Assembly (NCBI GenBank): GCA_002269645.1
Contig: NIVC01001567.1
Coordinates: 62,001-126,000 of the forward strand
Length of the DNA stretch: 64,000 bases
Source: Macrostomum lignano
Taxonomy: Eukaryota
Reading direction: 5' to 3'
Position numbers and translations under genes: made by a program
Notes under the pieces: generated by a model
The model's database searches: none
Told to the model about the DNA's origin: nothing
The model's input: the letters and a program-made list of their open reading frames with translations, nothing else
Shown: positions 1-14,232 of the stretch, piece by piece
Layout: each line of letters starts with the position of its first letter
How positions within the stretch are numbered: the stretch's first letter is position 1

Positions 1-832
1 CCGACCTTCAAGTCATGAGTTCGATGCTCTATAACCACAAGGCTAACCTTATGTCCTTTACAGCTCTCAGTGAGTTCATGATTCTTACATTTTAAAAGTC
101 GAATCTTCTTCCCGGATGCTTGCAGTTCAGCTGTTGCACAATCGGCATGGTAAAGTCGGTCTTAATCAGTTAACCTACGCAGTTTTTGCAGAGTGAGTGC
201 CAAATTCCTCGATCTATTCGCTCTGTGTCTGTCTCCAGTCTTGCGCTTGCTATCGACACTTTATATCCCCCACTGACCCGAAAAATTGCCCATAGGCTGA
301 TAGGCAGTGGGCAGACTGGGGTTGGCTGCGCCGCTTGGCCATTTAGGAATCTAATGCAGTCTGTAAATGCAGTCTTGGCTGAATATTATGCGCATTGAAA
401 TTGAGTGGCAGCTGCAGCAGCAATAGGGGGAGGGGTCAAGTGAGCGAATGGTCCCGTATTTGTGTGCTTGTGGGAGCTGCCGACTGTCTATTGCTCAGTC
501 CAGCCTGCAGACAGCTGTCAGAGGCGCTTAAACTCAAAACACGCAATTCAGGCAACTGTGTAGCCTCTCCAATGTAAAAAGTTATATTGCAATAGTTTCA
601 AAATAGCAGGCGAGGATTATTGCCACGATGCAGGCTCTTACTCATCAAATTATTTTCTCGTGTCGTTGTGGCCTAGGCAGTATTGACAGGCAATTAGTTT
701 TATCTACTGGCAAAGCTGCATTGGCTTACTAGCTAAGTATAACTAATTAAATGAATTAGACAAACTAAAGTGGGAAACTGGAGTTGGGGATACATTTTCT
801 GAACGACTAGTAATATAATAATATTGTTAATT

Positions 833-1538
<706 letters not shown>

Positions 1539-1835
1539 AACTTTCGACAACTTAATTCATAAACTGTTTCTATCAGTCGATCTTGAGTTTTAACCAACAG
1601 CTTCAAATAAGATTGGCAAAAGATTCAAACCCAGGTCTATCAAATAATTTTTCTCTGAATCACTAGCATTAATAATACTTACATCGATTTCTCATCTGCA
1701 TCCTCAGTCTAATGAGAATTATGAGAATACATAACAGAATCCAGTCAAATACAAAATCAAAACTTCAATGCTTCAAGTTTTTTTGACCTGGTTGAACTTC
1801 TAGTTTTCACTAGTAAGGCATGCATCGCATTGTAT

Positions 1836-1989
1836 TCACTGTGCCTTGGGGGTTGGCCATCAAGGGCGTCAATTACACGAGCAGAGCCAAACCGAGATTC
1901 CAATTCAGCCCCAAATTAACGTGACTGCACTTGGAATCGAGCCTGGGCCGCTGGCACACCAGAGCGCGGCGCTAGACCATAGGGCTACA
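1836..1989 (-). mobile_element. tRNA-derived SINE, copy 1 (partial)
   Basis: The reverse complement (GTAGCCCTATGGTCTAG...GCTCTGGTGTGCC...CCCAGGCTCGATTCCAAGTGCAGTCAC...TTTGGGGCTGAATTGGAATCTCGG) is closely similar to 43828-43990 and has A-box and B-box-like Pol III motifs. Confidence 0.75.
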
Positions 1990-3237
1990 TTTGAACAGAC
2001 ACAATTTTAATTGATACAAGTGTCTCCCACGACTTATTAGAGCTAAAGCGTTAAACAAAAAAGAAATTAAACTTTTACATCACTTACATTAAAAACTGAG
2101 TTAAGAGTCTCCGGCTATCTATCAGTTATGATAAAAAGCAAGAGGTTGTTTTGCACGCTTTCTGTCCCATACAGACTCTGAAATAAGCCTATATGACAGT
2201 TGTAGAATGCAGTAAATGCTTGGTAATTTATAACTGATGCAGGAATTATCCTTCAAAGCATGCCGACTTATGGGCTCCCACTTCTAGCCACGCAGAGATC
2301 TTCAGTCTACTGCACTATATATGCTGTTGACACTCAAATCTGAGCTCCAGGTTAAGCGGAGTTGCATGCGGTTAGCTTAATTTAGCACTGCAGTACATTG
2401 ACAACATATCCTCTTCTGCACTTCTAACAGCTCTGGGTGCACATCATATTTGATTTGAAATTGAGACGTAATTTTATTTTTACAGCCTACTTTGCCTGCT
2501 TGCTTCTGCCAGTCCAGAGTCTTAATTATGCAGTCCAATATTTAAAGCATTGATCTCAACCAATAAAGTGGATGCTTTAAAACAGCTAGAATCCATTCTT
2601 AGAAAATAAAAACCTTGGCGCTAAACAAATTACATGTTTATGCTCCACAGCTTCCGAGCATTTACCTCTGAAAGAGGATAGCGGAGGAGAGAGAGAACAG
2701 GTCTAAGAAAGACACAAACCTTGAGCAGGCCGGATTGCTACTGTGAAGTTTAAAAGGATCCGAAGACTCGGATGGAGCGGCCTTTTCCCCTTTCCCCCAG
2801 TAGAAACTACACAAAAAGCTAAAGAACTTTCAAACCAAATCCATCAGACCAAATGCTTCAAGCATATATCTTCTTTCCCCAGGTGTTGCTTCACGCGGTT
2901 CCTCGATCTGGGCGTCCGTTGTGGCGCGAGCGCTCGATAGATTGAGGGATTGGCGGTTTGACAGTTGGAAAACAAGCCAAGAAATTTCCTCGAATCTTTC
3001 GCGCTGTTACCGGGATCGGTGTTAACAGAATTGTTTCCAAGCAAGCAAGCGGCGCTTGGATGCATAGCTTGCACTTTTGTATTCGGCTGTGAAATTTGAT
3101 GAAGCATGGAAGGGCTTAGTTTTTTGTGCCAACATTGGCATTGTTTATTTTCGATAAGATTCTTCTGGAGTTTGGTAAATTAGGGTGTCGATAGTGTAGG
3201 CGCGTAGCCAGTATTTTTTGGGCGTACAAATGGGCTT

Positions 3238-3908
3238 TAGCACCAAGGGGCTTTAGCACCAAGGGGCGCCAGCACCAAGGGGCGCCAGCACCAAGGGGCG
3301 CCAGCACCAAGGGGCGCCAGCACCAAGGGGCGCCAGCACCAAGGGGCGCCAGCACCAAGGGGCGCCAGCACCAAGGGGCGCCAGCACCAAGGGGCTTTAG
3401 CACCAAGGGGCTTTAGCACCAAGGGGCTTTAGCACCAAGGGGCTTTAGCACCAAGGGGCGCCAGCACCAAGGGGCTTTAGCACCAAGGGGCTTTAGCACC
3501 AAGGGGCTTTAGCACCAAGGGGCTTTAGCACCAAGGGGCGCCAGCACCAAGGGGCGCCAGCACCAAGGGGCGCCAGCACCAAGGGGCGCCAGCACCAAGG
3601 GGCGCCAGCACCAAGGGGCGCCAGCACCAAGGGGCGCCAGCACCAAGGGGCGCCAGCACCAAGGGGCGCCAGCACCAAGGGGCGCCAGCACCAAGGGGCG
3701 CCAGCACCAAGGGGCGCCAGCACCAAGGGGCGCCAGCACCAAGGGGCGCCAGCACCAAGGGGCGCCAGCACCAAGGGGCGCCAGCACCAAGGGGCGCCAG
3801 CACCAAGGGGCGCCAGCACCAAGGGGCGCCAGCACCAAGGGGCGCCAGCACCAAGGGGCGCCAGCACCAAGGGGCGCCAGCACCAAGGGGCGCCAGCACC
3901 AGGGGGCG
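3238..3908. repeat. 16-bp minisatellite with two unit variants, AGCACCAAGGGGCGCC and AGCACCAAGGGGCTTT
   Basis: About 40 near-perfect head-to-tail units with no spacers. Confidence 0.97.
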
Positions 3909-4859
3909 TCAGAACCTTATATATGTAGGCGCCACGGCCCTCTTTGCCCATGGCATTTCGCTGAGTAAACTGCTCAATATTTTATCGACCTAAAAGTAAC
4001 GATTCATTAAACCTTAAATTTCTTAGAAGGCAAAGGTATGACAAACACACGTAGAGTTCTAATTTAGATGGAGGGACGGGCATCACTGGCTATATAAATA
4101 TGGTTTCTAACCGACCCAAGCAGCGAGCCCCGGCTCCCAGGTGTCTATTGTTGCTGCCTAGGTCTGGTGACTCAGCTTCCCAAAATAATCGCAATTCTTT
4201 ATCCGACAGCCAACCAGCCAGCCCTGACCCCGCCGCGCATGCGGCTGTATTTCACCCCAAGTTGAAAGTGGTCGCTGCTATACCGATCTGCTGAAACCGC
4301 GCGGAGCTGCAACACGGGCCCGCCATGCAGAGATGGCAAGGGTCTGATAACTTTACCAAACCAGCTTACTTATACACAATGGGAGAGAGTCATGCAGTTG
4401 ATCTACAACGCAGTGGCCCGGTAGAAAAGTTCCAATGTATTATGACGAGGTCAAATAATTGAACTATGATATGATGGATATTTTTCAAATATTATAGCAA
4501 CCCATTTCTACTTTAAAGTATAAAATAGCTTTCAAGTACTAAGCTCTCGAATGGGACTAATTATTATATAAAGGACAAACTAAAAGGTAATTTTTAAATG
4601 CCTCCAAATCACGAGATATTTTCCTGGGTAATCCTTCAGTCTATTGTAAAGCATGAGCTCCATTATAAAGCACTTTTCATCTTCTGCATAAAAAATTCGA
4701 TAGATTGCTTCTCTACCAACAATCATCTTGGTCACTTGTTTTCGGTCAAAGTACTTTTATAACTCTGCTATGAATTTACATTTCCACCAAGACCGGATTT
4801 GAACATTTTTGTCAACAATTTGAAGCCTAATTTCGTTGATCGCTTGTGCAAAATTCCAG

Positions 4860-7800
4860 ATAAGCGGCAACTTCAACAAGAATTGCAGACTTTTAATCGG
4901 TTAGTGAGCTGATGTGGCCAGCTCAAAGTGAGTTGATAATTTATCAAACAAGTTTATCAAATTCCAGAGATCTAAACTATGTCTACTCGCGAATGGTCCA
5001 AGTAGTTCGCAACAAAATGAGCTCAGTGAACGCTGACTTTGAATTCGATTCGGTGAGCATGGCGTCCAGCTTTGTCATTGATTTCGATTGTAGCAGATGG
5101 AAGCGACTTTAGGAGAAAAAGTTAGGCATAATTTTCTTTCATGGCTACTTGTTAGTAAGCGATATTGTACAATATTTCGTTTTTACCGCTCCTTGCACCG
5201 GAAATTTTCCACCGAGTTTAAACAGTTTATAATAATTTTTCAGCTACCTTCGCAGCTCTCGGCGGAGCTCAGCCAGCAGCTGGGCATCCCAGAGAGCCTC
5301 ATCCAAGTCAGCACGGAGGTCCTACGCCCAGCGCAATCGACCGCCAAGTCGACAGTGAATGGGAAGAAGCCCCAGCAGCTCCGAGTGCTCAGCTGCTCAG
5401 TGTACGACCTCACCCCAGAGTCGCTTAATGAGTCTCAATGGAGCGCATCTGTGGCTTTTGCTGACACCTACTTTGTGACCGAATGTAAGTTGACAGAAAT
5501 CCCGCTTTTGGGATGTCCGTTATATTGGGTTGTTAGGAAGTTTTGTCCGTCTTTTTTCTATGCAGAGGATCATGAAGCTGTGTTGGATGCAAACCTTGTG
5601 TATGCATATACAGCCAGAGCTGTGACCATTCTAACCAAGTCATTTGCTTTTCAGCACCCAATTATGGCCAGAAGTTTTGAGCAGGACTTTCCAGCAGGAA
5701 CCAGGAACCTCGACCTGGACGCTCTTCCGAGATAGACACTGAGCTGCTGCGGACACTTGTGGAGGCCAATCCACACCAGACTACACGAGAGCTGACAGCC
5801 ACTCTCGGGTGCTCCCATGTGCAAGTCGCTGAACACCTGGCTGCAATGGGCAAGAAAAGCAAGCTCGGACAGTGAACCCCCATGACCTGACTGACAGGGA
5901 CCGACAAAGCTGAGCAGACATTTGCACCTCACTGCTCTCGTACAAGAGAACAACAGACTGGCTGGCCTCCATACTCACTGGTGATAGGAAGTGGGTGCTG
6001 TACGTTAATATACACCGGAAGCGCCAGCGGGTCGATGCCGGCAAGCAGCCACAACCAGAGCCAGATGCTGTGCACCTTCGCCGAGCTCTACTGCCATCAG
6101 CTGCAGAATGTGGCCGACTGCCTCCGCACACAGCGTCCAGGGCGCTAGCAAGTTCGCTTCCTTCTCGACAATGCTCGGCCGCACACCGCTAATTTGACCC
6201 GGCAAAAGCTGGGCTGGGAAGTGCTGCCCCACCCACCATACAGCCCCGATCTGGCCCCCACAGACTACCATCTGTTTCGAGCGCTGCACCATTGTTATCT
6301 CAAGGAGAAAACGTTTGGAGATGACAAAGGGGTCAAGGGGGTTTTTGCATCACAGCCCAAGGAATTCTACAGAGATGGCAATCCAGTCTGCCCTCGTTGG
6401 CAGATGGTCATCGATTGTGATAGCCATTGTTTTACCGAGTAACATTGCTGCATTCTATGAAAACTCGCTCCCACCCATTGTAGCCAAAACGGAAAGAACT
6501 TTCCTAACAGCCCAATAACTGTAACTTTTCAAGGTCAAACTGATTCATGGATTCACTCAAATAAAAAATGCAAACCCGAAACACTGAGGCTAAATTTCTT
6601 CATCAACATCTTCAACAAAGTCAGCGCTGCAATGCCTTGCAGGCCAGGGCAGCCAGTGCCTCACAGCTGACATTCCAACCGCCTGTCACTGGAGCTGCGA
6701 GCCAACCTCAGCAGCTGTCCAGCGCCTTCTGGCTGACTCGGCCGCGCCTGCCGATGACGTCACCGCCGAGGATTCAATCACCGCGTCGAATCGCGGCCGC
6801 CTCGTAGAGCTGACGGCGAGCATCGACGGCGATGCGGCAGCAGCGGGCGCCGAGATGGTCGCTGCCTGCCTCAACCGCGGCCGCGTCCTGCTGTACAGCC
6901 AGCGCGAGTGCGCCCAGCAGGTGCTGCGGCCGGACCGGGCCAGACTCCTGCCGGGCGGCGACTCGCTCGATCAGCCGTGCCGGCTGGCCTTTGATCTCGC
7001 CGACTCGGCTGCGCCAGTGCCGGATTGGTGCGAGCACCTGCTGAGCAGCGGGCGTCAGCTGCGGCTGCTGCTGGCCGCCGGGTCCCGGTCGAAGCGCGAC
7101 TTCTTCGCCAAGGTGGCCCCCGTGTGGCGATCTGAAGGCTTCCTGGCTCAGGCTGAGGCTGAGGAGGCTGAGCCGCCGACTGAGAGGAGCAACGCTGAGG
7201 ACGAGGACGAGTCAGGCGCGGCGCGAGGGGCGGTGCTTGTCTGGGGACACCTGGGCTCCTTCTCGGAGACTTTGGCCCAGGAGCTAGCGAGCTCAACTGG
7301 AGTCCTCATCGACCTGCTGCACTGCGACAGCGCTGCGGAGGCTGCGAAAATTTTCGCGGCTGATTGGCAGCCGGGCACACCTGCCGTGGTTCTCTGCCCG
7401 AGCTTGGTGACTCCCCAGGCCCTCCTGCGAGCCTTCGATGCCGGCGCCAAACCCGCGTCTGTTGCATCCGTCGTCGTGTGCGTCAGCTCGCACACAGCCG
7501 TGGTCTCTGGCCGGTGCCGAACTCAACCGGGACTGCTGGACAGCCTGGCTGAGGCCGCCTGCTCTGTCGTGGTGCTCACAGCGCCGTCGTCAGAAGACCT
7601 CGTCAGCAACGCCGGTGCAGCTGGCTCGGATTCCGCAGCGGTAGTGGAAGACCCTGCAGCTGCCGAGCTGTCGCGCCTGTTGCGGCTGGTGAACGCGCAG
7701 TCGGCTCGGGTGATTCGAGCTCCGCAGGGTCGCCTGCCGGCCACCACCGGAGCCGCGGCGCTGATACCACCGGAGGTGCCATCGTGGCGTCAACTGATCC

Positions 7801-10025
7801 GCCAGCAAAGACGCCAGCCGCGTCAGCTGCTGCTCAGCTCAGAGCTCGACCTGGGCTGGCTGGGCCTCAGCCGCGTCTCCGTGACCTTCTCGCGTCCTCT
7901 GGAGCGAGACAAGCTGGCCGACCGGTTGCGAATGCTCAGCGCTGGCAGTCAGAAAACCAAACGGCCAACTCAGCAGGCGGAGGAGCTGCTCCAGTCGAAA
8001 TTCTACTACGTATCAGGCATTGCGCCAGTAAAGCAGGGCAACTCAAAGCCGCAGTGGCTGCGCTTTTGGCGGCACTGCGCCGCCGATTCAAGCTGCCTGC
8101 TGCCAGCCAAAGCGAAGTCTGACGCCGCCTTCACAACCGCCAAGGTGGTGGCTTTCGGCAGGGGCCTCGAGACCGAAGATCTGAAGCGAATGCTGCGGCT
8201 ATGCGCGCCGTTGAAGCCAACGCGTCGCGCCCTGATGATCCGGTCGGACTTGACGCCGGCTGCTGTGGCCAGAATTCACGTGAGCGCCGCCGTCTGGCAC
8301 CTGCCGCTTGAAGAGACTAATTGGACAAGTGCTAGATTAAAACTGTAGAAAGCTGAGTGAATGAGACAGTGCTATGGGAGGCCTTCGAACAGGTTTAGAT
8401 AGGCTGTGGTGGCTCTTTGGAAGAGGGGAATTCGGTAGTGGAAAAGGTCATTCGTGGTGTGAATATGGCATTGGTGGTGTGAATATGGCATTGGTGGTGT
8501 GAATAGGGCATTTGTGGTGTGAATAGGGCATTGGTTGTGTGAATAGGGCATTGGTGGTGTGAATAGGGCATTTGTGGTGTGAATAGGGCATTGGTTGTGT
8601 GAATAGGGCATTGGTGGTGTGAATAGGGCATTGGTGGTGTGAATATGGCATTGGTGGTGTGAATTGGGCATTGGTGGTGTGAATATGGCATTGGTGGTGT
8701 GAATAGGGCATTGGTGGTGTGAATATGGCATTGGTGGTGTGAATAGGGCACTTGGTGTGAATTGGGCATTGCTGGTGTGAATTAGGCATTGATGGTGTGA
8801 AAATGGCATTGGTACTGTGAATAAGGTATTGGTGGTGTGAATGGGACATTATTGGCGTGAATATGGCATTGGTGGTGTGAATATGGCATTGGTAGTGTGA
8901 ATAGGGCATTGGTGGTGTAAATAGGGCATTGGTGGTGTGAATATGGCATTAGTGTTGTGAATAGGGCATTGGTGGTGTGAATAGGACATTATTGGTGTGA
9001 ATATGGCATTGTGGTGTGAATATGGCATTGGTGGCGTGAATTGCGCATTGGTGGCGTGAATTGCGCATTGGTGGTGTGATTGGGCATTGGTGGTGTGAAT
9101 AGGGCATTGGTGGTGTGAATAGGGCATTGGTGGTGTGAATAGGGCATTGGTGGTGTGAAGAGGGCATTGAAGAGCTGTGGGAGGTTATTTTGGAGACAAA
9201 GTCTTGCTAAAAGTGGAAAGTAGAAGTAGAAACATTTCTGTATTTTAGAATCTAAATTAAAGTGTCTTTTCTGCTTGCAGAAGGAACGACACTTGGATCC
9301 ACTACCAGAGGGTTGGTTTTTCAACGGCACCAAGTACATCTCGTTCGATGGCGAGTCTTCGAAAACGCATCCAAGTGAGAATCTTTTCGAAAATTTCCAC
9401 TGACAGCTCATTATAACTAAACGCATTGTGGTTCCTGGTGCGACAAGTCAAGGAACAGAACCACCACTAATAACTTGTAGTTACATGTAAAACCCTAAGG
9501 AGAAAAGTAACGCCTTCATTGACCATTCTTCACCATGGGGCTTTTTTGGGGATAAATCGATAAAAATGGCGATTTAATGTAAACTTGGGGCTCTCAAATG
9601 GAAGCGTTGGCAAGCAGCTTACTACTGAACCGGTTTTTTATCCACTGACATCTTCTGATCAACACGAAGTAAATGCTTTTTTAAGATCCTTGGCAATCTT
9701 TGCTTAAGTTGTTTGTTTACAACCAACGAAAATGATGCAACAGTTGCTACGAGTAATAGCCTGCGGAGTGACAATCAATTCTCAGAAGTCTAAATTGAAT
9801 GTTTGAATGCCTAGGCGCACCTGGGACTGGTACACAATGAAATGGTAACCTTGGCGACCAACAAACTTTTTACTGTCTGAAAATCATCGCACATGCATTT
9901 AACTTGCCTAATCAGGTCTGGAGAAATTTCTCGAGAGTCACATCGCGGAGGAGAACAAGAAGATTGCAGAATATAATGCCAAACTGGCGGCTGGTTCCGA
10001 GTGGCGAGACCTTTTTGACAACTGA
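4860..10025 (+). CDS. DNAAF9: Dynein axonemal assembly factor 9 (C20orf194) orthologue, 3' part. Exons 4860-4889, 4968-5052, 5244-5484, 6643-8279, 9281-9374, 9916-10025. Further 5' exons not resolved.
   Basis: All introns are GT-AG with mutually consistent phases (2,0,1,0,1). The spliced product has motifs I recognise from DNAAF9: SVYDL...SVAFADTYF, CLTADIPTACHW, TFSRPLERDK, FGRGLETEDLKRMLR...KPTRRAL..RSDLT....RIH|KERHLDPLPEGWFFNGTKYISFDG...HP|SLEKFLESHIAEENKKIAEYN...DLF*. Confidence 0.88.
5525..6515 (+). mobile_element. Degenerate, internally deleted mariner (Tc1/mariner) transposon in a DNAAF9 intron
   Basis: Imperfect ~28-bp TIRs (5523-5550 TATTGGGTTGTTAGGAAGTTTTGTCCGT against the reverse complement of 6489-6517) with TA at both ends. 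Transposase remnants: LVEANPHQTTRELT, PHDLTDRDR, ILTGDRKWVLYVN and LPHPPYSPDLAPTDYHLFRAL, with stops and frameshifts. Confidence 0.92.
8446..9170. repeat. 20-bp minisatellite (GGGCATTGGTGGTGTGAATA consensus) in a DNAAF9 intron
   Basis: Directly visible tandem array. It is the source of the MPYSHHQCPIHTTN repeat ORFs. Confidence 0.96.
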
Positions 10026-10388
10026 ACCACGCCTTGATCTAACTGATGAAACAGCTATAATTTCCTCTTTATAGTGTGTAGCTGCTATATTTCAACCATA
10101 ATGTGTGTGCCTTTTTAATTATATCTGATAGCTTCTTCATCTTTTACAGCAACAAAACATTCCTACCATAACTAATTTATTGTTCACGTAATTTACAGTA
10201 GCTTCAATAGAAATTTTACGCTTTTAATAATGCTCAAAAGTTTGCCATCATGCAGCTAAAAATATCACCATGCGTCAATGGGTTCTATTATACGTTCGTA
10301 TTTGTCTTCATTTCATATTTGGACTCATTCAAACTGCAATTTTTTAGTAATCCTTACCTTGAATGCTTAAACTAAACCAACTTAGAAG

Positions 10389-11362
10389 TTAATGTCACCG
10401 ACAGTCGATTGTATACCTGAGGGTGACACTTTACCGACTTCATAATGCAAACACTTCTCTGACATTTAAGTAAGAATACCGATGACTTCTCTGGCTGGAC
10501 AATCGGATGAAAAGTAGTTTAGTTTTTACCTTTTCGAGACTTTTAAGACGACCCTTCAAGAATTTTATATAAAATATTTTTTTGAAGTAGAATTTTGAAG
10601 TAAAAACAGAGATAGCTAGTGAAAAGAATCAGTCCCTAGTCCGTTGCGCCATTAATTTAGGTTGCCTGCTACTTCATTTAGTATCAAAAGAAAGCTGCTT
10701 GCTAGAGGAAAAGCTAAACCATAGGAATGACGCTCTTTGTCTTGCCGCGAGTCAATGTAATATTTATAATAACTATGACCTCTAAATTTAATCTCAATAA
10801 GAAAGATAAAAACGGGAATACAAATACAAAAACGTGTCCATGGCTGACAGTAAGGTGGCTAGGGAGGATGCGGACAGTAAGATGGAGAGTGGGGAGGATG
10901 CGGGCAGTGAGAGGGAGAGTGGGGAGATGGAAAGGAGAATGCGGGGCAGTCCAAACGATGGCGCCTCATACCGCCCCATGAAAGTGCTCCTACCTGTCCT
11001 TAGTCGTGACCTACATCTCCAGAACTGGCAGCACGGTTTCCGGCCGGCCACTCCATTCAACGTCGACCGCACTCTGCCCGATCGTCGAACAAATCAGCAG
11101 CGCTAAACCGCCAAACCGCCTGTTGTGGCGCGAGTACTAAGTACGAGGATCTGCTTAGCAGAGCTGCCGAGTAAAAAACCCAATACTACACAGTCCTCAG
11201 ACTGGTCAAGCAAGATGGTGTCTAGTGCAACGGCCGTCACCACTTAGTAGCTCGTAGAGACACGACAAGCCGTACATCCATGCCTCCGGCCCAGAAGCGA
11301 CGCTCATCTATTGGTCCTTCGAACAAGACGATGCCGCCGCTTGAGCCTAGTACCTTGACTCC
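10389..11362 (+). repeat. Left arm of a ~975-bp inverted repeat (partner 18801-19776)
   Basis: Reverse-complement identity apart from a few substitutions (ORFs 10834-11106 and 19057-19329 differ at one residue). The arm begins TTAA-TGTCACCGAC. Confidence 0.95.
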
Positions 11363-12860
11363 GATGCTGTGATCATCGAACGACATTCTGCTCGACTCAT
11401 CCTGACCGTCACCTCCACTGCGGTGCAACTGACTCCGGTCATCACCCGTCGACACTCGTCTGTATCGAATCTGCGAGAAGAAAAAATTTATAAGGATATA
11501 AAATACGAGTATGTGTAACAAGGAAGTCCTATTAAGCATAAATAAATGAAAGCAACACAATAAGTACTGTTCTCTTTGCTACTCGATTTGCGATTTCCAA
11601 AATAAATAGCTTAACTGAACACCTGTCTAACCTGGTAACCTTCTAACAGACTTTATTATATTAAATAATCAACTAAATGTGTAGCACATCACTCACCTTT
11701 TTGCCATTTCCGAAGTCCCTCACAATTTCCTTCGAGTGTCTCTGATAAAACTCGAACAAGGCAGCAGGCTCTCGAATGGTGGTAACACTTTCGTCTCCAA
11801 TCTCATCAGCACCAAGTCCTGGAGTAGGCACTATAGCGGGCACAGGTTCAAACCGGGTATCCCCTTCCTTTGCATTCCTGTACCAGTCAGACAAGACTCT
11901 GGCTTCACCATCGTCACTGTTGCATTGTACGTCAGAGTTCGAGCATCCCAACGTGACGGAGCCCGAATACTCCTGCATCTTTGCTCTTCTAATGGACAAA
12001 ACATCACCGATGTTTCACCTGTCCAGTTGAGCTGAGGACGAACCCCAAAACGTGCAGCTTACAGAGCCGAAGGTTCGGTCAACCAAAGTCACTTTGGCTA
12101 CGTTAACCTTCTTCCCAGCACGCGTTTGGAATTCTTCAGACGGTTTCCTGGCGTCGATCACTCCAAGCACATCGACGATTCTGATAGTGAAAGGGGGCAA
12201 TACTTTTTTTAACTATTTGCACTTACTAACTTAAACATCACATTAGATTTCTAAAGTATTTGTACACTAACAGGGGCATCACGAAACCAATAGCCAAGGC
12301 TTTGTACAGTGCTGCGAAAATAAATATTTTCAAACACAAGAGAAACTGTCATTCAAAAAACACGATTACATGTACTTTCACTCCGCGATATTTGAGCACT
12401 AATACATGACGAAAACTACGAAAACTACTAAATCCATGAGTAACTCACCTGTCCAATCCAGTCTGTTGAAGTTGATTAATGTCAATGTAATTAAATACTG
12501 GATCTCGAGCAACCGGCACTTCGTTGCTTCTATAGATGAAGCCCTTGGAATCCACGGAAACGGTCATCTTAAGTGGATTGTCTGTACACTTGTACTCTGG
12601 CTTGGCAGTCTTCACCATCCCGCCGGATATGTGAACGGCTTCAGCATCGTTGCATATTTCCCAGACAGCTTGCAGGTCCTTACCGAAGACGCTGACTCGA
12701 ATCTCAGATCAGACCTTTGTCGTTCCTATACGTGTGAACGTCTTTCAGGTTCGTCACAGGACCAGTGACAGGCGTAGGCATTTGACCAGCTGTCAGACCA
12801 GCAATCCCATCCTTCTTCGGCTTCTTTTTCAACGGTGACTTTGAATAAGAGGCTATTTTG
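11363..12860 (-). pseudogene. RPA70-like OB-fold gene, copy A (DBD-A and DBD-B), spliced and disrupted
   Basis: Exons ~12860-12449, 12180-11697 and 11470-11363 with GT-AG borders. Peptides EIRVSVFGKDL...ISGGMVK and VDVLGVID...KVTLVDRTFGSVSCTFWG...DVLSIRRAKMQEY...LSDWY match RPA1 OB-fold patterns. The gene is cut off by the repeat arm at 11362. Confidence 0.75.
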
Positions 12861-13729
12861 CACAAAAAATTCAACAATTGAAAAAAGAACTGAAAAAAAG
12901 TATCAATCAAACTTTTCTAAGCAATGATAAACTTTAATTTTGAGACAACAAATTTGGCTCAACAGATCACAAACTTTTATATACGTAGAAATAAAAGTAG
13001 CCACGAAAAAACACCACCTCTCCTCCAGCCCAGTACATTACTGTGTAAGCTGTACTCATTTTGCATTCATTTTTATTTTACACAATCTAATTGGCTAGAC
13101 ACTCCACCCACCCCAATTACTCCCATGCCCAGAATTAAAGCACACACTGCACCCTTTGCTGTACGTCAAGGTCTCCTCACTTTCGTACCCAATCCTTTTG
13201 TTTGTTTGCTATCTCGTTTTATGGTGACACAATTCTCACTGAATGACTCAGCAAGTGTAGGCAATACTTTAAGAGTTCGCAGCCGCGTGTACTGCACTGC
13301 AAAAACAAATACTTGTATGGCGCCGATGGCTGGCTGAGCCATTTTTGCACCTTCTAAGGCGGAAAGGAAAAACAGGCGATCCTCAAGTCAGGCTGGCCAC
13401 CAGTACGCCAGACAATTTGTAGACCAATCGCCGCTCTAAAGCCCCGACCTGCACACTCTCGCCTGAACAACCGACCAATAGGAAGCCACAGACTTGTACA
13501 GAAAACCACCCTAAGGCTCAGCGAAGCCACACTCTCCACAGCAGACTGATACGACAACTGCTGAAGCGACGACTCACAACCCATAACCCCTATTTTATTC
13601 GCCCCTACACCTCAGCTTCAGTGCCTATATATACAAAAAAATACGCTGATTTAGTATATTACATATATTTAGACTGCTAATTTAGTATTTTATAGACCTT
13701 TACATCCGGATTAAGTATACTTGGATATA

Positions 13730-14232
13730 ATGCATATAACTAAAATATTCGGCAGCGGTCAGCGCGGCGGCGGCGGCGGCGGTCAGCGCGGCAGTGGCGG
13801 CCCACGTGGAAAAAGCAGTGAGTACCATCCCGAGACACTGTAAATCTTGAGCTTTGAGTACATTCGAGTATAGTCTTACATTTTACCTAATTGTAGCCTG
13901 TTACTGACTTTCATGCTATTATTACTGATAAATTTGCGAAAATTTCCCCCTCTTTCAATTGCTAGTCGTTTTTTTCTTCTGCGGAGGCCGCCACCGCGTC
14001 GCCAGCTGCAACGGCATGAAGGCCGCCGCCCGCCAGTTGCAGCAGCAACAGCAACAGAAACAGCAACAGCTGCAGCAGCCACCACAGCAGCAGCCACCAC
14101 AGCAGCAGCCACCACAGCAGCAGCCACCACAGCAGCAGCCACACAGCAGCAGCCACCACAGCAGCAGCCACCACAGCAGCAGCCACCACAGCAACACCAA
14201 CAGCAGCAGCCACCGCAGCAACAGCAACAGCA
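13730..14232 (+). CDS. Small spliced Gly/Arg-rich zinc-knuckle polyQ gene, copy 1 (exons 13730-13817 and 13966 onward), 3' end interrupted
   Basis: MHITKIFGSGQRGGGGGGQRGSGGPRGKS|IVFFFCGGRHRVASC followed by polyQ. The intron is phase 1, GT-AG, at the same position as in copies 2 and 3. Confidence 0.6.

Noticed and set aside
3116-3951. Repetitive ORFs and a possible CRISPR-like array
   Set aside because: The 16-bp units are head-to-tail with no spacers, there are no cas genes, and the context is eukaryotic.
5566-5735. Apparent extra DNAAF9 exon within ORF 5097-5735
   Set aside because: It lies inside the mariner TIRs, and exon 5244-5484 splices in phase directly to 6643.
8372-9167. His/Pro-rich repeat ORFs
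   Set aside because: They are antisense translations of an intronic 20-bp minisatellite.
10834-11106. 90-aa ORF (MSMADSK...) present in both repeat arms
   Set aside because: It is low-complexity with no recognisable domain, and is conserved only because the arms are recent duplicates. It may be a uORF, but this is unsupported.
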